Assembly: GCA_023819145.1 (NCBI GenBank)
Contig: JAMWCW010000002.1
Coordinates: 11,231 to 75,230, forward strand
Source of the DNA: Candidatus Omnitrophota bacterium
GTDB lineage: Bacteria; Omnitrophota; Gorgyraeia; DTHP01
Direction of reading: 5' to 3'
DNA: 64,000 nt
Part shown: one piece after another, positions 29,287 to 39,321 of the stretch
Position numbering within the stretch: position 1 is the stretch's first letter
How the letters are laid out: each line of letters begins with the position of its first letter
Notes under the pieces: generated by a model
What the model saw: the letters and a program-made list of their open reading frames with translations, nothing else
Told to the model about the DNA's origin: nothing
Databases searched by the model: none
Position numbers and translations under genes: made by a program

Positions 29287-30716
29287 TAATTTCTTAAAAT
29301 AGGCAAGAAAAATTGTGCGATTTTAAAGTAAATTATAAGTCCTACAATATCTACAATGCTGGTAGTAATTGGTCCTGCTAAAGCTGCAGGGTCGAGCCCA
29401 ATTCTCTTGGAAAGAATAGGTAGAAAAAGTCCGGTGGAAATAGCCAGTAAAATTATACTTGCCATAGTAAAACCTACTACCAAAGCAAGGAAAACATCCT
29501 GTTGCAACATAAATGCTCTCAAGAAAGCCACTGTCCCAACGATAATTCCCATGAATAAAGAAGCAAATAACTCCATCTTGGCAACTTTCCAGATATTACG
29601 AAAGGTAACATCCCCGGTGGCTAAACCCCGAATTATAGTAATTGCAGTTTGTGCCCCTGCATTACCTCCTGTATCTAAGAGCATCGGGATAAAAAATGTC
29701 AAAGCAACCACTGTCCCCAAGGCATGTTCAAAAGTTTTTAACACCGTACCAGTTAAAAAATCAAAAATCAGAAGCAAAATCAACCATCCCGCTCTACGCT
29801 TTACCAGGTCTAAAGAACGTGCTTCGGCATAGCGAATCTCTAAACCTGACATTTTACCAACTTCATAAAATTCCCGTGAGGTCTGCTTTTCAATTATATC
29901 CATAACATCATCTATAGTAATTATACCCAAGAGCCTATTCTCATTATCCACTACCGGAGCATCCAGCAAATCGTATTTCTTAAACCATCTACCCACCTCT
30001 TGCATTCCCATATTTACATTTATCTTGATGAGATTTACATCACTCATAATCTCTTTTATAAGAATATCCGGTGGGGCAGTAATAATATTCTGTAAACTAA
30101 CTCCACCGATTAATCTATGTTCTTCATCCGTTACATATACAGAATATATTGCTTTGGTTTGACCTGAACGCTGACTTTCCTGTAGCGTAAGGATTGCCCG
30201 ACGAGCAGTCATATCTTTCTTTAACTCCACAAACTCTGTATTCATTATGGAACCCGCGGTTCCTGCTTTATAGGTAAGAAGCTTGCGCACATCATCTGCT
30301 TCTTCTTCCTTCAAAAATGACCAGAGTTTCTTTACTGTTTTAGGAGGTAATTCCTTAAATAATTTTGCTCTTTCATCGGGAGCCATCTCGTTCAAAACCT
30401 GGGAGGCTTCTTGATTATCTAGATTTTTAAGGATAAATTGTTGTTCTGAGGAAGATAAGTCTTCAAAAACTTCTATTGCTTTACGAATACTTAACAATTT
30501 GAAAACAATAATCTTTTCGCTATCTTGGAGATATTTAAAGCCGTCAGCAATGTCTATGGAATGCATCTTTTTCAAAAGTTCTTTAAGCGATGAAAAGTCT
30601 TTTATAGCTAAAAAATTCTTTATCTCAGGAAGAAAGAGGGCAAAAACATCCATACGATTATTGCGAGAAAAATTTTTCCTGTAACCATTTTTTTGAACTG
30701 AGTTGTTATTATGCAT
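29286..30716 (-). CDS. mgtE: magnesium transporter MgtE
   Basis: N-domain, CBS pair, then 5-TM channel domain. GGNAGAQTA motif in TM region. Confidence 0.9.
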   Translation of the reverse strand: MHNNNSVQKNGYRKNFSRNNRMDVFALFLPEIKNFLAIKDFSSLKELLKKMHSIDIADGFKYLQDSEKIIVFKLLSIRKAIEVFEDLSSSEQQFILKNLDNQEASQVLNEMAPDERAKLFKELPPKTVKKLWSFLKEEEADDVRKLLTYKAGTAGSIMNTEFVELKKDMTARRAILTLQESQRSGQTKAIYSVYVTDEEHRLIGGVSLQNIITAPPDILIKEIMSDVNLIKINVNMGMQEVGRWFKKYDLLDAPVVDNENRLLGIITIDDVMDIIEKQTSREFYEVGKMSGLEIRYAEARSLDLVKRRAGWLILLLIFDFLTGTVLKTFEHALGTVVALTFFIPMLLDTGGNAGAQTAITIIRGLATGDVTFRNIWKVAKMELFASLFMGIIVGTVAFLRAFMLQQDVFLALVVGFTMASIILLAISTGLFLPILSKRIGLDPAALAGPITTSIVDIVGLIIYFKIAQFFLPILRN

Positions 30717-31287
30717 TTCTGTATAGTCTATTTTTTTCTATATACTTTTCTACTGCACAAGGGACTAAATAACTGATTGTAATTTCTTTTTTAATTCTAC
30801 TGCGAATCTCGGAAGAAGAGATTTCTATCTGAGGAATTTTTATTATTCTTGCCCAATGCGGTTTTTTATCTACGGGAAAGTTTGTTCGTTTAGCAATTAT
30901 AATTTTTGACATCTCTATTATGGTCTTAAAGTTTTTCCAATGCGTTAATTCTCTTATTGCATCTGAACCCACGATGAGAAATATTTTGGTATAGCGGGGA
31001 AAAATTCTTCTAAATTTTTGGAGTGTTTTAAATGTATAAGAGATTTCTTTTTCTCTTAATTCAATATCGGAAACAGTAAAATGATTATTTCCCTTAATTG
31101 CCTCTTTTATCATCGCCAACCGATGTTGTGCTGAAATTAAACCTCTATAACTCTTGTGGGGAGGCAGATAACAGGGAACAAAAATAACTTTATTTAGGCC
31201 AAGAATTCTATACGCCTCCTCAGCAAGAATAAGATGCCCTAAATGAATAGGATTAAAAGTCCCCCCTAAAATACCGATTCTCAACAT
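30709..31287 (-). CDS. nadD: nicotinate-nucleotide adenylyltransferase
   Basis: GILGGTFNPIHLGHL (HxGH) and ISSSEIR motifs. Confidence 0.9.
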   Translation of the reverse strand: MLRIGILGGTFNPIHLGHLILAEEAYRILGLNKVIFVPCYLPPHKSYRGLISAQHRLAMIKEAIKGNNHFTVSDIELREKEISYTFKTLQKFRRIFPRYTKIFLIVGSDAIRELTHWKNFKTIIEMSKIIIAKRTNFPVDKKPHWARIIKIPQIEISSSEIRSRIKKEITISYLVPCAVEKYIEKNRLYRNA

Positions 31288-31356
31288 ATATATATTTTCT
31301 ATATCATTATGATGTAACTATAACAATAAAAGCTGAGCAATTTGACAGTTCAAAAA

Positions 31357-32613
31357 TCAAGTGCGGATCTGCCCATTCCCAAGCACAACATATTTATAGG
31401 TAGTAAGTTCTCTCAAACCCATAGGGCCACGACAGTGAATTCTATTCGTAGAAATACCCATCTCCGCTCCCAATCCAAACTGATAACCATCGGTAAAACG
31501 CGTTGACGTGTTTACATAAACTGCCGCTGAATCAATCTCTTTTAAAAAACGCAGAGCATTTTTATCGTCTTCTGTAATAATAGCGTCGGAATGCTGTGTG
31601 CCATATTTAGAGATGTGAGCAATAGCCTCATCAATATTATTGACAATCTTTACTGAAAGAACTAAATCAAGCCACTCGGTATAGAAATCATTTTCATTAG
31701 CTGATTCTATATCTCTCAAAATTCTTTTGGTTTGATAACACCCTTTAATCTTTACACCTGCTTTCTTAAATTCAAGAGCTATTTGGGGTAAGAATTCTTT
31801 AGCGATTTTCTTATGCACAAGCATTGTTTCCATAGCATTGCATGTAGATGGTCTCTGTATCTTTGCATTTAAACAAACTTTTATTGCTATATTCAAATCT
31901 GCAAACTCATCTACAAAAATATGGCAAACTCCTTTATAGTGCTTAATAACAGGAATTTTTGACTTTTCCGTAACCTCTTTTATTAAACTCTCCCCTCCGC
32001 GGGGAATAATAAGGTCTATATACTCACTTAAACTTAAAAGAATTTCAACTGCTTTTCTATCGGTAGTATTAACAATTTGAATTGCTCCCTCTGGAATACC
32101 GCTTTTTTTGCTTATTTCCTGAAGTAATTTAAATATTGCTAAATTAGACCTCAGGGCTTCCGATCCCCCTCTTAAAATCACGCTATTACCAGACTTGAGA
32201 CAAAGTCCGATACAATCAGAAGTAACATTCGGCCGTGATTCGTAAATAATACCAACCACACCAATAGGAACACGCATTTTGGCAATAATTAATCCATTAG
32301 GCCTTCTCCACATGTCTATAATCTCACCTACAGGGTCGGGAAGTTCTGCAATTTCTTCTAACGCATCAGCCATCTCCTTAATTCTTTTATCATTCAGTTT
32401 GAGTCTGTCAATAAAAGAAGAGGAAAGATTTCTTTTTTTAGCCAATTTTATATCTTTAAGATTCTCTTTTATAAGATAATCTGTGTTTTTTATTAGAGTA
32501 TCTGCCATTTCTTTTAAGGCGGTATTCTTGACTTCCGTAGTAAGAATTGATAACCGTCCTACAGAAGATTTTGCTCGCTGAGCAACTTTTAAGACTTGTT
32601 CTTTTATAGACAT
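31357..32613 (-). CDS. proA: gamma-glutamyl phosphate reductase
   Basis: Aldehyde dehydrogenase fold with catalytic Cys region (STCNAMET). 418 aa, directly downstream of proB. Confidence 0.95.
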   Translation of the reverse strand: MSIKEQVLKVAQRAKSSVGRLSILTTEVKNTALKEMADTLIKNTDYLIKENLKDIKLAKKRNLSSSFIDRLKLNDKRIKEMADALEEIAELPDPVGEIIDMWRRPNGLIIAKMRVPIGVVGIIYESRPNVTSDCIGLCLKSGNSVILRGGSEALRSNLAIFKLLQEISKKSGIPEGAIQIVNTTDRKAVEILLSLSEYIDLIIPRGGESLIKEVTEKSKIPVIKHYKGVCHIFVDEFADLNIAIKVCLNAKIQRPSTCNAMETMLVHKKIAKEFLPQIALEFKKAGVKIKGCYQTKRILRDIESANENDFYTEWLDLVLSVKIVNNIDEAIAHISKYGTQHSDAIITEDDKNALRFLKEIDSAAVYVNTSTRFTDGYQFGLGAEMGISTNRIHCRGPMGLRELTTYKYVVLGNGQIRT

Positions 32614-32627
32614 AATTTATTTTTTTC

Positions 32628-33731
32628 TTACAATACTACTAAATTATCTCGATGAATTACTTCATTGTAATACTTATAACCCAAAACTTTTTCTATCTCC
32701 TGATTACTTAATCCTTTTATTTTATCCAAATCCACCTTTGCGTAATTTGTTATACCCTGCGCAATTTCTTTTTTCGTTTCTATATCAAAAATGCTCACTA
32801 AATCCGTATCGAAGAACTCTCCCTCCACTTTAACTATACCTGCGGGAAGAAGACTTTTTCCTTTTCCCAATATTGCCTCAACAGCCCCTTTATCAATGTA
32901 GATTCTCCCTTTTGGTTTTAAATTAAATAGTATCCACTGTTTTCTGCTTGCAAGTTTCTTCCCTTGAGGTAAAAATAATGTTCCAACATTTTCACCGCTT
33001 ATAACCTTATCCAATATTCCCGGACGGTTACCATTAGCAAGTATACAGGGTATACCTGCCCGTGAACAAATCTTCACTGCTTCGAGTTTAGTAGACATAC
33101 CACCCACACATAATTCTTTGCTTTTTGTCCCGCAGGCAAATTTTTCTAACTCAGGGGTGAATTCTTTGACTGTTGAAAGTAGATTATGTCCCATATAGAA
33201 GCCATCAACATCAGAAAGTATAATAAGGAGATTGGCTCCAATTAAACTGGCAACCAAAGCGGAAAGTCTGTCATTATCTCCAAACTTTATCTCCTCTACC
33301 GCCACGGTATCATTCTCATTTATAATAGGAATAATTTTTTTCTCTAACAGAGTATAAATTGTATTACGTGCATTTAAATAACGATTCCTTTCCCTCAAAT
33401 CTTCCTGTGTTAATAATATCTGTGCCACTGTTCGATTATGTTTTTGAAAAGCATCTGCGTATAAATCCATTAAATATCTCTGTCCCACCGCAGCAGTCGC
33501 CTGGAGCTGGGGAAGATTTTTGGGCCTTGTCCTCAAACCTAAAACAGACATACCACTGCTTATAGCACCGGAAGAAACTAAACATACCTTTATTCCCTTA
33601 TTTAGCAAAGTGCTAATATCTTCTACTATCCGTTCTATTTTGGCACGGTCAATAATGGCGTTGGTAGTTAAAACACTTGTACCGATTTTTATCACCATCT
33701 TTTTTAAACCCTGTATTATATTCTTACGCAT
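32628..33731 (-). CDS. proB: glutamate 5-kinase (with PUA domain)
   Basis: VIKIGTSVLT amino-acid kinase N-terminus and C-terminal PUA. 367 aa. Confidence 0.95.
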   Translation of the reverse strand: MRKNIIQGLKKMVIKIGTSVLTTNAIIDRAKIERIVEDISTLLNKGIKVCLVSSGAISSGMSVLGLRTRPKNLPQLQATAAVGQRYLMDLYADAFQKHNRTVAQILLTQEDLRERNRYLNARNTIYTLLEKKIIPIINENDTVAVEEIKFGDNDRLSALVASLIGANLLIILSDVDGFYMGHNLLSTVKEFTPELEKFACGTKSKELCVGGMSTKLEAVKICSRAGIPCILANGNRPGILDKVISGENVGTLFLPQGKKLASRKQWILFNLKPKGRIYIDKGAVEAILGKGKSLLPAGIVKVEGEFFDTDLVSIFDIETKKEIAQGITNYAKVDLDKIKGLSNQEIEKVLGYKYYNEVIHRDNLVVL

Positions 33732-33734
33732 ATC

Positions 33735-34709
33735 TCAACTCAACATTTCTTTAACTGCTTTTAACAGTGATTCTATCCCTTCCCCAGTAAGAGCAGATAC
33801 AGGATATATTTTTCTTTCTAATTTTTCTGAGAAATTTTTAAAATTAACAGCACTCCCCGGAATGTCTATTTTGTTCGCTATCACAAGTTGAGGCCTCTTA
33901 CCCAATTCAAAATTGTATAAAGAAATTTCTCTATTTAAACTAAGATAATCTGTGTAAGCATCTCTACCGTGTGGTTGGGAAATATCTACCACGTGTAGTA
34001 AAATTTTTGTCCTTTCAATATGTCTCAAAAATTGATATCCTAATCCTTTACCTTTATGTGCACCATCGATTAAACCAGGCATATCTGCCGCCACAAAGGA
34101 AAAATCTTCACCCTCTATTTTCACACAACCTAAAACAGGTGCTTTGGTAGTAAAAGGGTAATCTGCCACTTTGGAACGAGAAGATGAAATGCGATTCAAC
34201 AAAGTAGATTTGCCAACATTAGGGTAGCCAATAATTCCCACATCGGCAATTATTTTTAATTCCAAAATCAATCTCTTTTTTTCTCCCAATAATCCCGGGG
34301 TAGCGGGTTTTCTCAGACCATTGCCTTGGCCTCCTCTTCCACCTCGGGCTACCACCACCTCCTCACCAGAATAGGTAAGGTCACGAAGAATAAAACCTGT
34401 TTTAGCATCCTTAACTAAAGTTCCAATAGGAACTTTTATAATACAAGGCTTCCCATCTTCCCCTTTCTTACAATTTCCTCCCCCACCTCGACCATTCTCT
34501 GCCACAAAACGCTTCCGGTATTGTAAATCAATAAGTGTATGTATATTATTATCTGCAACGATGACTATATCTCCTCCTTTTCCGCCATCACCTCCATTTG
34601 GCTTTGGAAAACGATGGTAACGGCTACGAAAAAAACTCTTACATCCACTACCACCTTTTCCTGCTTCTACTTCTATTTCCACATAGTCAATAAAAATTGG
34701 CTTCATCAC
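33735..34709 (-). CDS. obg: GTPase Obg
   Basis: Gly-rich Obg fold (GKGGSGCKSF...GGDGGKGGD) then G-domain GYPNVGKSTL. Confidence 0.95.
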   Translation of the reverse strand: MMKPIFIDYVEIEVEAGKGGSGCKSFFRSRYHRFPKPNGGDGGKGGDIVIVADNNIHTLIDLQYRKRFVAENGRGGGGNCKKGEDGKPCIIKVPIGTLVKDAKTGFILRDLTYSGEEVVVARGGRGGQGNGLRKPATPGLLGEKKRLILELKIIADVGIIGYPNVGKSTLLNRISSSRSKVADYPFTTKAPVLGCVKIEGEDFSFVAADMPGLIDGAHKGKGLGYQFLRHIERTKILLHVVDISQPHGRDAYTDYLSLNREISLYNFELGKRPQLVIANKIDIPGSAVNFKNFSEKLERKIYPVSALTGEGIESLLKAVKEMLS

Positions 34710-34729
34710 TTATCATATTCCCAAAACCA

Positions 34730-34972
34730 TTATTCTTTTTTGGGAACGACACAAACTAAGTTTTCCTTTGGGAATTTTACTATACCATCTTTCTTAGCAA
34801 AAAGAGTATAGTCTTTTCCTTTACCTACATTTAAGCCTGGTTTGAAAACCGTTCCTCTCTGTCTAACCAGAATAGTTCCTGCAGATACATACTCTCCTGC
34901 ATAATGTTTAACTCCTAACCTTTGACCAGGACTATCGCGGTCGTTCCTTCCTGCAGAAGTTCCTTTAGCCAT
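34730..34972 (-). CDS. rpmA: 50S ribosomal protein L27
   Basis: [15 protein letters not shown] motif. Confidence 0.95.
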   Translation of the reverse strand: MAKGTSAGRNDRDSPGQRLGVKHYAGEYVSAGTILVRQRGTVFKPGLNVGKGKDYTLFAKKDGIVKFPKENLVCVVPKKE

Positions 34973-35317
34973 TTACTCCTCACCCTCCTTTTCCGTTTTT
35001 CCTACGTTTATTTCCTTAATCCGCAAGTGTGTAATAATCTGTCTATGCCCAATTTTCTTACGATAATTTTTTCTCCTCCGATATTTAAAAATCACTACCT
35101 TTTTTGCTTTCTTCTCGCCTAAAACTTCACAAATTACCCTTGCTTTAGGAACAAAAGGCTTTCCTATTTCTATATTTTTATCATTTACCAATAGAAGCAC
35201 ATCTTTTAAAGTTACCTTCTTTCCCTTAACTGGCAACCTTTCTACCTTAATTTCCTGTCCTTCTCTAACTTTATACTGTTTACCTCCTATGGAAACAACT
35301 GCATACATTGTTTTCAC
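34973..35317 (-). CDS. rplU: 50S ribosomal protein L21
   Basis: MYAVVSIGGKQYKV motif. rplU-rpmA-obg order. Confidence 0.95.
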   Translation of the reverse strand: MKTMYAVVSIGGKQYKVREGQEIKVERLPVKGKKVTLKDVLLLVNDKNIEIGKPFVPKARVICEVLGEKKAKKVVIFKYRRRKNYRKKIGHRQIITHLRIKEINVGKTEKEGEE

Positions 35318-35392
35318 CTCCCTCTATCAAATTTAATTATAGCGAGGATAGTATACCATAAAATTATTTTTCATACAATTATTATAATATCG

Positions 35393-36658
35393 CTAAACAG
35401 GATTAGTGATTAAACCCGAGGGAATCTTGGGATAGAAATATGTAGATTTGTGGGGCATACGCTCTTTTGCCAAAGCCACTTCTCTTACCTCCTGAGCGGA
35501 AGTCGGTCTCAGAAAGAAAGCCACCTTAAACTCTTTATTTTTTACCCTTAGAATCGCTTCTTCTACATTTTGTGTATAGTAAATGTTTTTAAAATCAGAA
35601 TTTTTGATTTTTAAAATATGCTCTATAATAAGACTGTGAAAAATAGAAACATCGAGCTTCTTCCAAGCAAGGGATTTATTATCACGCACAATCATCTCTG
35701 GCTTTAGACTCTTTTTTAGAAGAAGTGTAAAAAACCTCCCACCCATATACATTCCAAACACATACGTTTTTTTATTGGATTTATCCAGTAAAGAAAAAAG
35801 GGAATCTTTTCTCGCCGGCTCAATATCAAAATATAAATCTAATTCATTTATTAAATTCTGAGGAACTTCCTTTATAAGACGATGGGTAGGAAGAATTTTT
35901 AATGCCTCGTTACCCATAGGGGTAAGATACATCATAACAAAATTATAATTCTCATTACCGGTATGCTGAGAATTTTTCTTTTGGCAGTATTTTTGATATA
36001 AAAGACTTACTTCATATCGATGGTGCCCATCGGCGATAAAAATATCTTTCTTAAGAAAATAATCTTCTATTTTTTCTATCAATGCTAAATTATCTATGCG
36101 CCATAAAGAATGTTTCACTCCAGAAAACTCAAATTGGATAAAAGGCTGTAAAGAGAAATAACTATTACTTATCCCTTCAATAAATCTATGATTATCTTCA
36201 AAAATAGAGAATATGGGGTTAAGATTTACCTTGACTGATTTAAGAAGTTTAAAACGGTCTCTTTTGGGAAACGGTGAGGTTTTTTCATGAAAAAAAATCT
36301 GACCTTCATTTGATAATTTAAATCTGCAGATAATCCCCCAGCGCACAAATTTCTTTCTTCTGTATATAAATTCTTGGGCTAAAAGATATAAAGAAGGAGT
36401 TTTGTCTTGAATTACTATTTTTTCTTTTTGCCATCTCTTAAAAAAAACATTGGCACGTGTGTAACGGTTGTTTTTGTAATTATCGTTAGAGAAAACTTTA
36501 CCATAGTCAACGCGGATAATATTAAAGGGATGAGTTTTATAAAATTTATCTTGCTCTTGTTGAGAAATTACATCGTAAGGTGGACAGACTACTTTAGAAA
36601 AATCTTCTACCTTCTCCGGATTGTAAAAAATACCTCTAAAAGGTGAAATTATTGCCAT
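35393..36658 (-). CDS. DUF1015 family protein (function unknown)
   Basis: N-terminal IISPFRGIFYNPEKV...VCPPYDVIS is characteristic of the DUF1015 family. 421 aa. Confidence 0.6.
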   Translation of the reverse strand: MAIISPFRGIFYNPEKVEDFSKVVCPPYDVISQQEQDKFYKTHPFNIIRVDYGKVFSNDNYKNNRYTRANVFFKRWQKEKIVIQDKTPSLYLLAQEFIYRRKKFVRWGIICRFKLSNEGQIFFHEKTSPFPKRDRFKLLKSVKVNLNPIFSIFEDNHRFIEGISNSYFSLQPFIQFEFSGVKHSLWRIDNLALIEKIEDYFLKKDIFIADGHHRYEVSLLYQKYCQKKNSQHTGNENYNFVMMYLTPMGNEALKILPTHRLIKEVPQNLINELDLYFDIEPARKDSLFSLLDKSNKKTYVFGMYMGGRFFTLLLKKSLKPEMIVRDNKSLAWKKLDVSIFHSLIIEHILKIKNSDFKNIYYTQNVEEAILRVKNKEFKVAFFLRPTSAQEVREVALAKERMPHKSTYFYPKIPSGLITNPV

Positions 36659-36667
36659 CGCCTTGAA

Positions 36668-37996
36668 TTACTCCAGAAAAGCAAACTTTAGAATAAAGAG
36701 CAGAGAAAGAAGATAAACAATCCAAGAAACTTCTTTCCCTTTACCCGTAAGTAATTTTATAGCTGAGAAGCTGATAAAACCAATGGCTAAACCATTGGCG
36801 ATGCTGAAAGTTAAAGGCATAGTAATAATAACCAAAAAAGCAGGAATTGCTTCAGAATAATCTCGCCAATCTATTTTAGTTATAGAAAGAAACATCAAAG
36901 AACCAATGATAATCAAAGCAGGGGCGGTAACCGGATGAAGCACCATCCCCGGGCTTACTTCGTACCCTCCCCCAATCATACGGGCAAAAGGAGCAAAAAA
37001 TAAAGAAATAATAAAAAATAAGCCAACGATAACACTGGTCAATCCTGAACGACCACCTTCGCTTATCCCCGAGACACTCTCAATGTAACTGGTTACAGTA
37101 GAAACTCCTACCAAAGAACCCAAAACAGTACCTAAGGCATCAACCATTAAACAACGTCCTGACTTGGGAAGTTTACTGTTCTTAATAAATCCCCCTATCT
37201 CCCCTATCCCGGCTAATGTACCCACAGTGTCGAAAATATCCATAAATAGAAAAGTAAAAATGATAGTTAAAAAACCAAGTTTTAAGGCACCAAAGATATC
37301 AAGTTTAAATAAAGTAGGAGAAAGTGAAGGTGGTAAGCTTACTAAGCCTTGGTATTTTACTATTCCCAAAGGAATTCCTAAAAGAGCGGTAAAAAAAATA
37401 CCTAAAAAAATACTTCCTTTTATCTTTTTGGTTAAGAAAAAAGCGGTAAGCAAAATTCCAAAAAGTGAAAGAACGGTATGGGAATTGGTAATTTTACCCA
37501 AGGTTACAAATGTAGCGGGATGAGCAACAATAATTCCTCCATCCTTCAAGCCAACAAAAGCAATCAAAAGTCCAATACCACAGGCTACAGCGATGCGAAT
37601 AGTCTGAGGAATGGCATCAAAAATTAACTGGCGTACGTGAGAAGCAGTAAGGATTACAAAAATCAAACCCTCCAAAAATACGCAACCCAAAGCAACTTGC
37701 CAAGGAATCCTCATTCCTATACATACCGTATAAGCAAAATAAGCATTGATACCCATCCCCGGAGCTAGGGCAATAGGATAATTGGTGTAAATTCCCATAA
37801 AAATAGTGGTTATTGCAGTTACTAAGCAAGTAGCTACCATTACCGCTCCGAAATCCATCCCAGCAGTAGAAAGTATAGCAGGATTAACGAAAATAATATA
37901 AGCCATGGTCATAAAAGTAGTAAGCCCGGCAACAATTTCTGTCCGCCAATTTGTTCCTAAGGATTTCAAATTAAAAAAATCACTTATTTTACCCAT
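36668..37996 (-). CDS. NCS2 family nucleobase permease (AzgA/PbuG-like adenine/guanine/hypoxanthine transporter)
   Basis: N-terminal LGTNWRTEIVAGLTTFMTMAYIIFVNPAIL signature of the AzgA subfamily. ~13 TM. Confidence 0.85.
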   Translation of the reverse strand: MGKISDFFNLKSLGTNWRTEIVAGLTTFMTMAYIIFVNPAILSTAGMDFGAVMVATCLVTAITTIFMGIYTNYPIALAPGMGINAYFAYTVCIGMRIPWQVALGCVFLEGLIFVILTASHVRQLIFDAIPQTIRIAVACGIGLLIAFVGLKDGGIIVAHPATFVTLGKITNSHTVLSLFGILLTAFFLTKKIKGSIFLGIFFTALLGIPLGIVKYQGLVSLPPSLSPTLFKLDIFGALKLGFLTIIFTFLFMDIFDTVGTLAGIGEIGGFIKNSKLPKSGRCLMVDALGTVLGSLVGVSTVTSYIESVSGISEGGRSGLTSVIVGLFFIISLFFAPFARMIGGGYEVSPGMVLHPVTAPALIIIGSLMFLSITKIDWRDYSEAIPAFLVIITMPLTFSIANGLAIGFISFSAIKLLTGKGKEVSWIVYLLSLLFILKFAFLE

Positions 37997-38099
37997 CAGA
38001 ACCCTCCTTAAAAATCAGAAAAAAAGATACCATATTTGCATATAATTCTCAAGGAAAATTATTGTTAGCTTAACAAGCATATGCTATAATTTTTACAAG

Positions 38100-38492
38100 A
38101 TGATTAACATTATAGTTATAAGCCTTATGATAGTGCTTATGCCTTCTTTTGCCTGGTCAGAAGAAAAGGACGTCTTTTATTTATCTTCTGGACAAGAAAT
38201 TAACCCCGACGAAAAAATCTATCTTTATTCTTCTGAAGATGAAGACAAAACCTTTTCTTTACTTGAACTTATAAACAAAGAACCCCAAATAGATAAAGAA
38301 ACCGAAAAAAAGATTTTAAGAGAAGAATGGAAAGATTTGTTACACGGATTAGACATCTTTTACCCTTACTTCAAAACAAAAGAAATAGAAGAATGGATAG
38401 GAGAAAAAATAAAAATCGATTTTTTAAATTTTAAAGGCAAACCCAAGTTAGAAGAAAACGAGATACTTTATATATTCAAGATGAAACTATAA
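38100..38492 (+). CDS. hypothetical secreted acidic protein (only plus-strand gene in window)
   Basis: Signal-peptide-like N-terminus MINIIVISLMIVLMPSFAWS then an E/K/D-rich body. Candidate -10 TATAAT at 38085-38090 and palindrome TTGTTAGCTTAACAA at 38063-38077. No obvious SD. Confidence 0.4.
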   Translation: MINIIVISLMIVLMPSFAWSEEKDVFYLSSGQEINPDEKIYLYSSEDEDKTFSLLELINKEPQIDKETEKKILREEWKDLLHGLDIFYPYFKTKEIEEWIGEKIKIDFLNFKGKPKLEENEILYIFKMKL

Positions 38493-38504
38493 ACAGAGCA
38501 CATA

Positions 38505-39278
38505 TCAATATTTTACTTTAAGGAGAAAGAGCCCTCTAGCGGGAGCAGAAGGACCACAAAATTTACGTTCTTTTGTAGAGAAAATATTTTTTACATCTAT
38601 GGGTGTTAACTTACCTTTCCCTACTTCTACAAGTGTTCCTACAATATTACGCACCATATTATAAAGAAATCCATCTGCCTCTATCTCAAAAATTAAAAAA
38701 TCTCGGTATTTTTTAAAAGAAATTTTCTTCACAGTACGTACGAAATTTTGTGTTTTTCTCTTGGGGTCAGTGGTAGTAAAAGCTTTAAAATTATGTTTTC
38801 CTAAAAACAGACGAATCGTTCTGCGCATGGCATAATAATCTAATCTCTGTTTAATCAACCAGGAATAATTTCTGTAAAAAACCGAAGCGACATGACGATT
38901 TAGAATGATATAGCGATATACTTTTGATTTGGCAGAGAAACGAGCATGAAACTCTTTATCTACTTCTTTTACCTTCAAAACTCTTACATCTGAAGAAAGA
39001 TGACTATTCAAGGCGTTCAAAATGTTTAAAGGCTTAAGATATGTATCGCATCTAAAATTTGCCACCTGTCCTAAAGCATGTACTCCACTATCTGTCCTTC
39101 CCGAACCAATTAATTTTATTCTCTTTCCAAAAATTTTCTCTAAAGCCCCTTCTATTTCTCCCTGTATAGTTTTAATCCTTCCGGATTTCAGATTTCGAAT
39201 TTCGAATTTCCTATCCTGTATCTGCCATCCTTGATAATTAGTTCCGTCGTATTCAATAATTAATTGAAAGTTGCGCAT
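38505..39278 (-). CDS. truA: tRNA pseudouridine(38-40) synthase
   Basis: IEYDGTNYQGWQIQ...GSGRTDSGVHA (catalytic Asp) motifs. Confidence 0.9.
   Translation of the reverse strand: MRNFQLIIEYDGTNYQGWQIQDRKFEIRNLKSGRIKTIQGEIEGALEKIFGKRIKLIGSGRTDSGVHALGQVANFRCDTYLKPLNILNALNSHLSSDVRVLKVKEVDKEFHARFSAKSKVYRYIILNRHVASVFYRNYSWLIKQRLDYYAMRRTIRLFLGKHNFKAFTTTDPKRKTQNFVRTVKKISFKKYRDFLIFEIEADGFLYNMVRNIVGTLVEVGKGKLTPIDVKNIFSTKERKFCGPSAPARGLFLLKVKY
39181..39210. repeat. tandem TTCGAAT/TTCAGAT heptanucleotide repeat in-frame within truA
   Basis: ccggatttcagatttcgaatttcgaatttc encodes RKFEIRNLKSG between the conserved truA N-terminus and the GKRIKLIGSGRTD catalytic block. Confidence 0.7.
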
Positions 39279-39321
39279 TTTAAATATTATTTAGATTATG
39301 ATGGGTGTTTTAAAAAATATA

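Noticed and set aside
37997-38099. Purine riboswitch upstream of the NCS2 permease
   Set aside because: The ~100-nt leader lacks the conserved purine-riboswitch junction motifs and is too short once promoter and RBS are accounted for.
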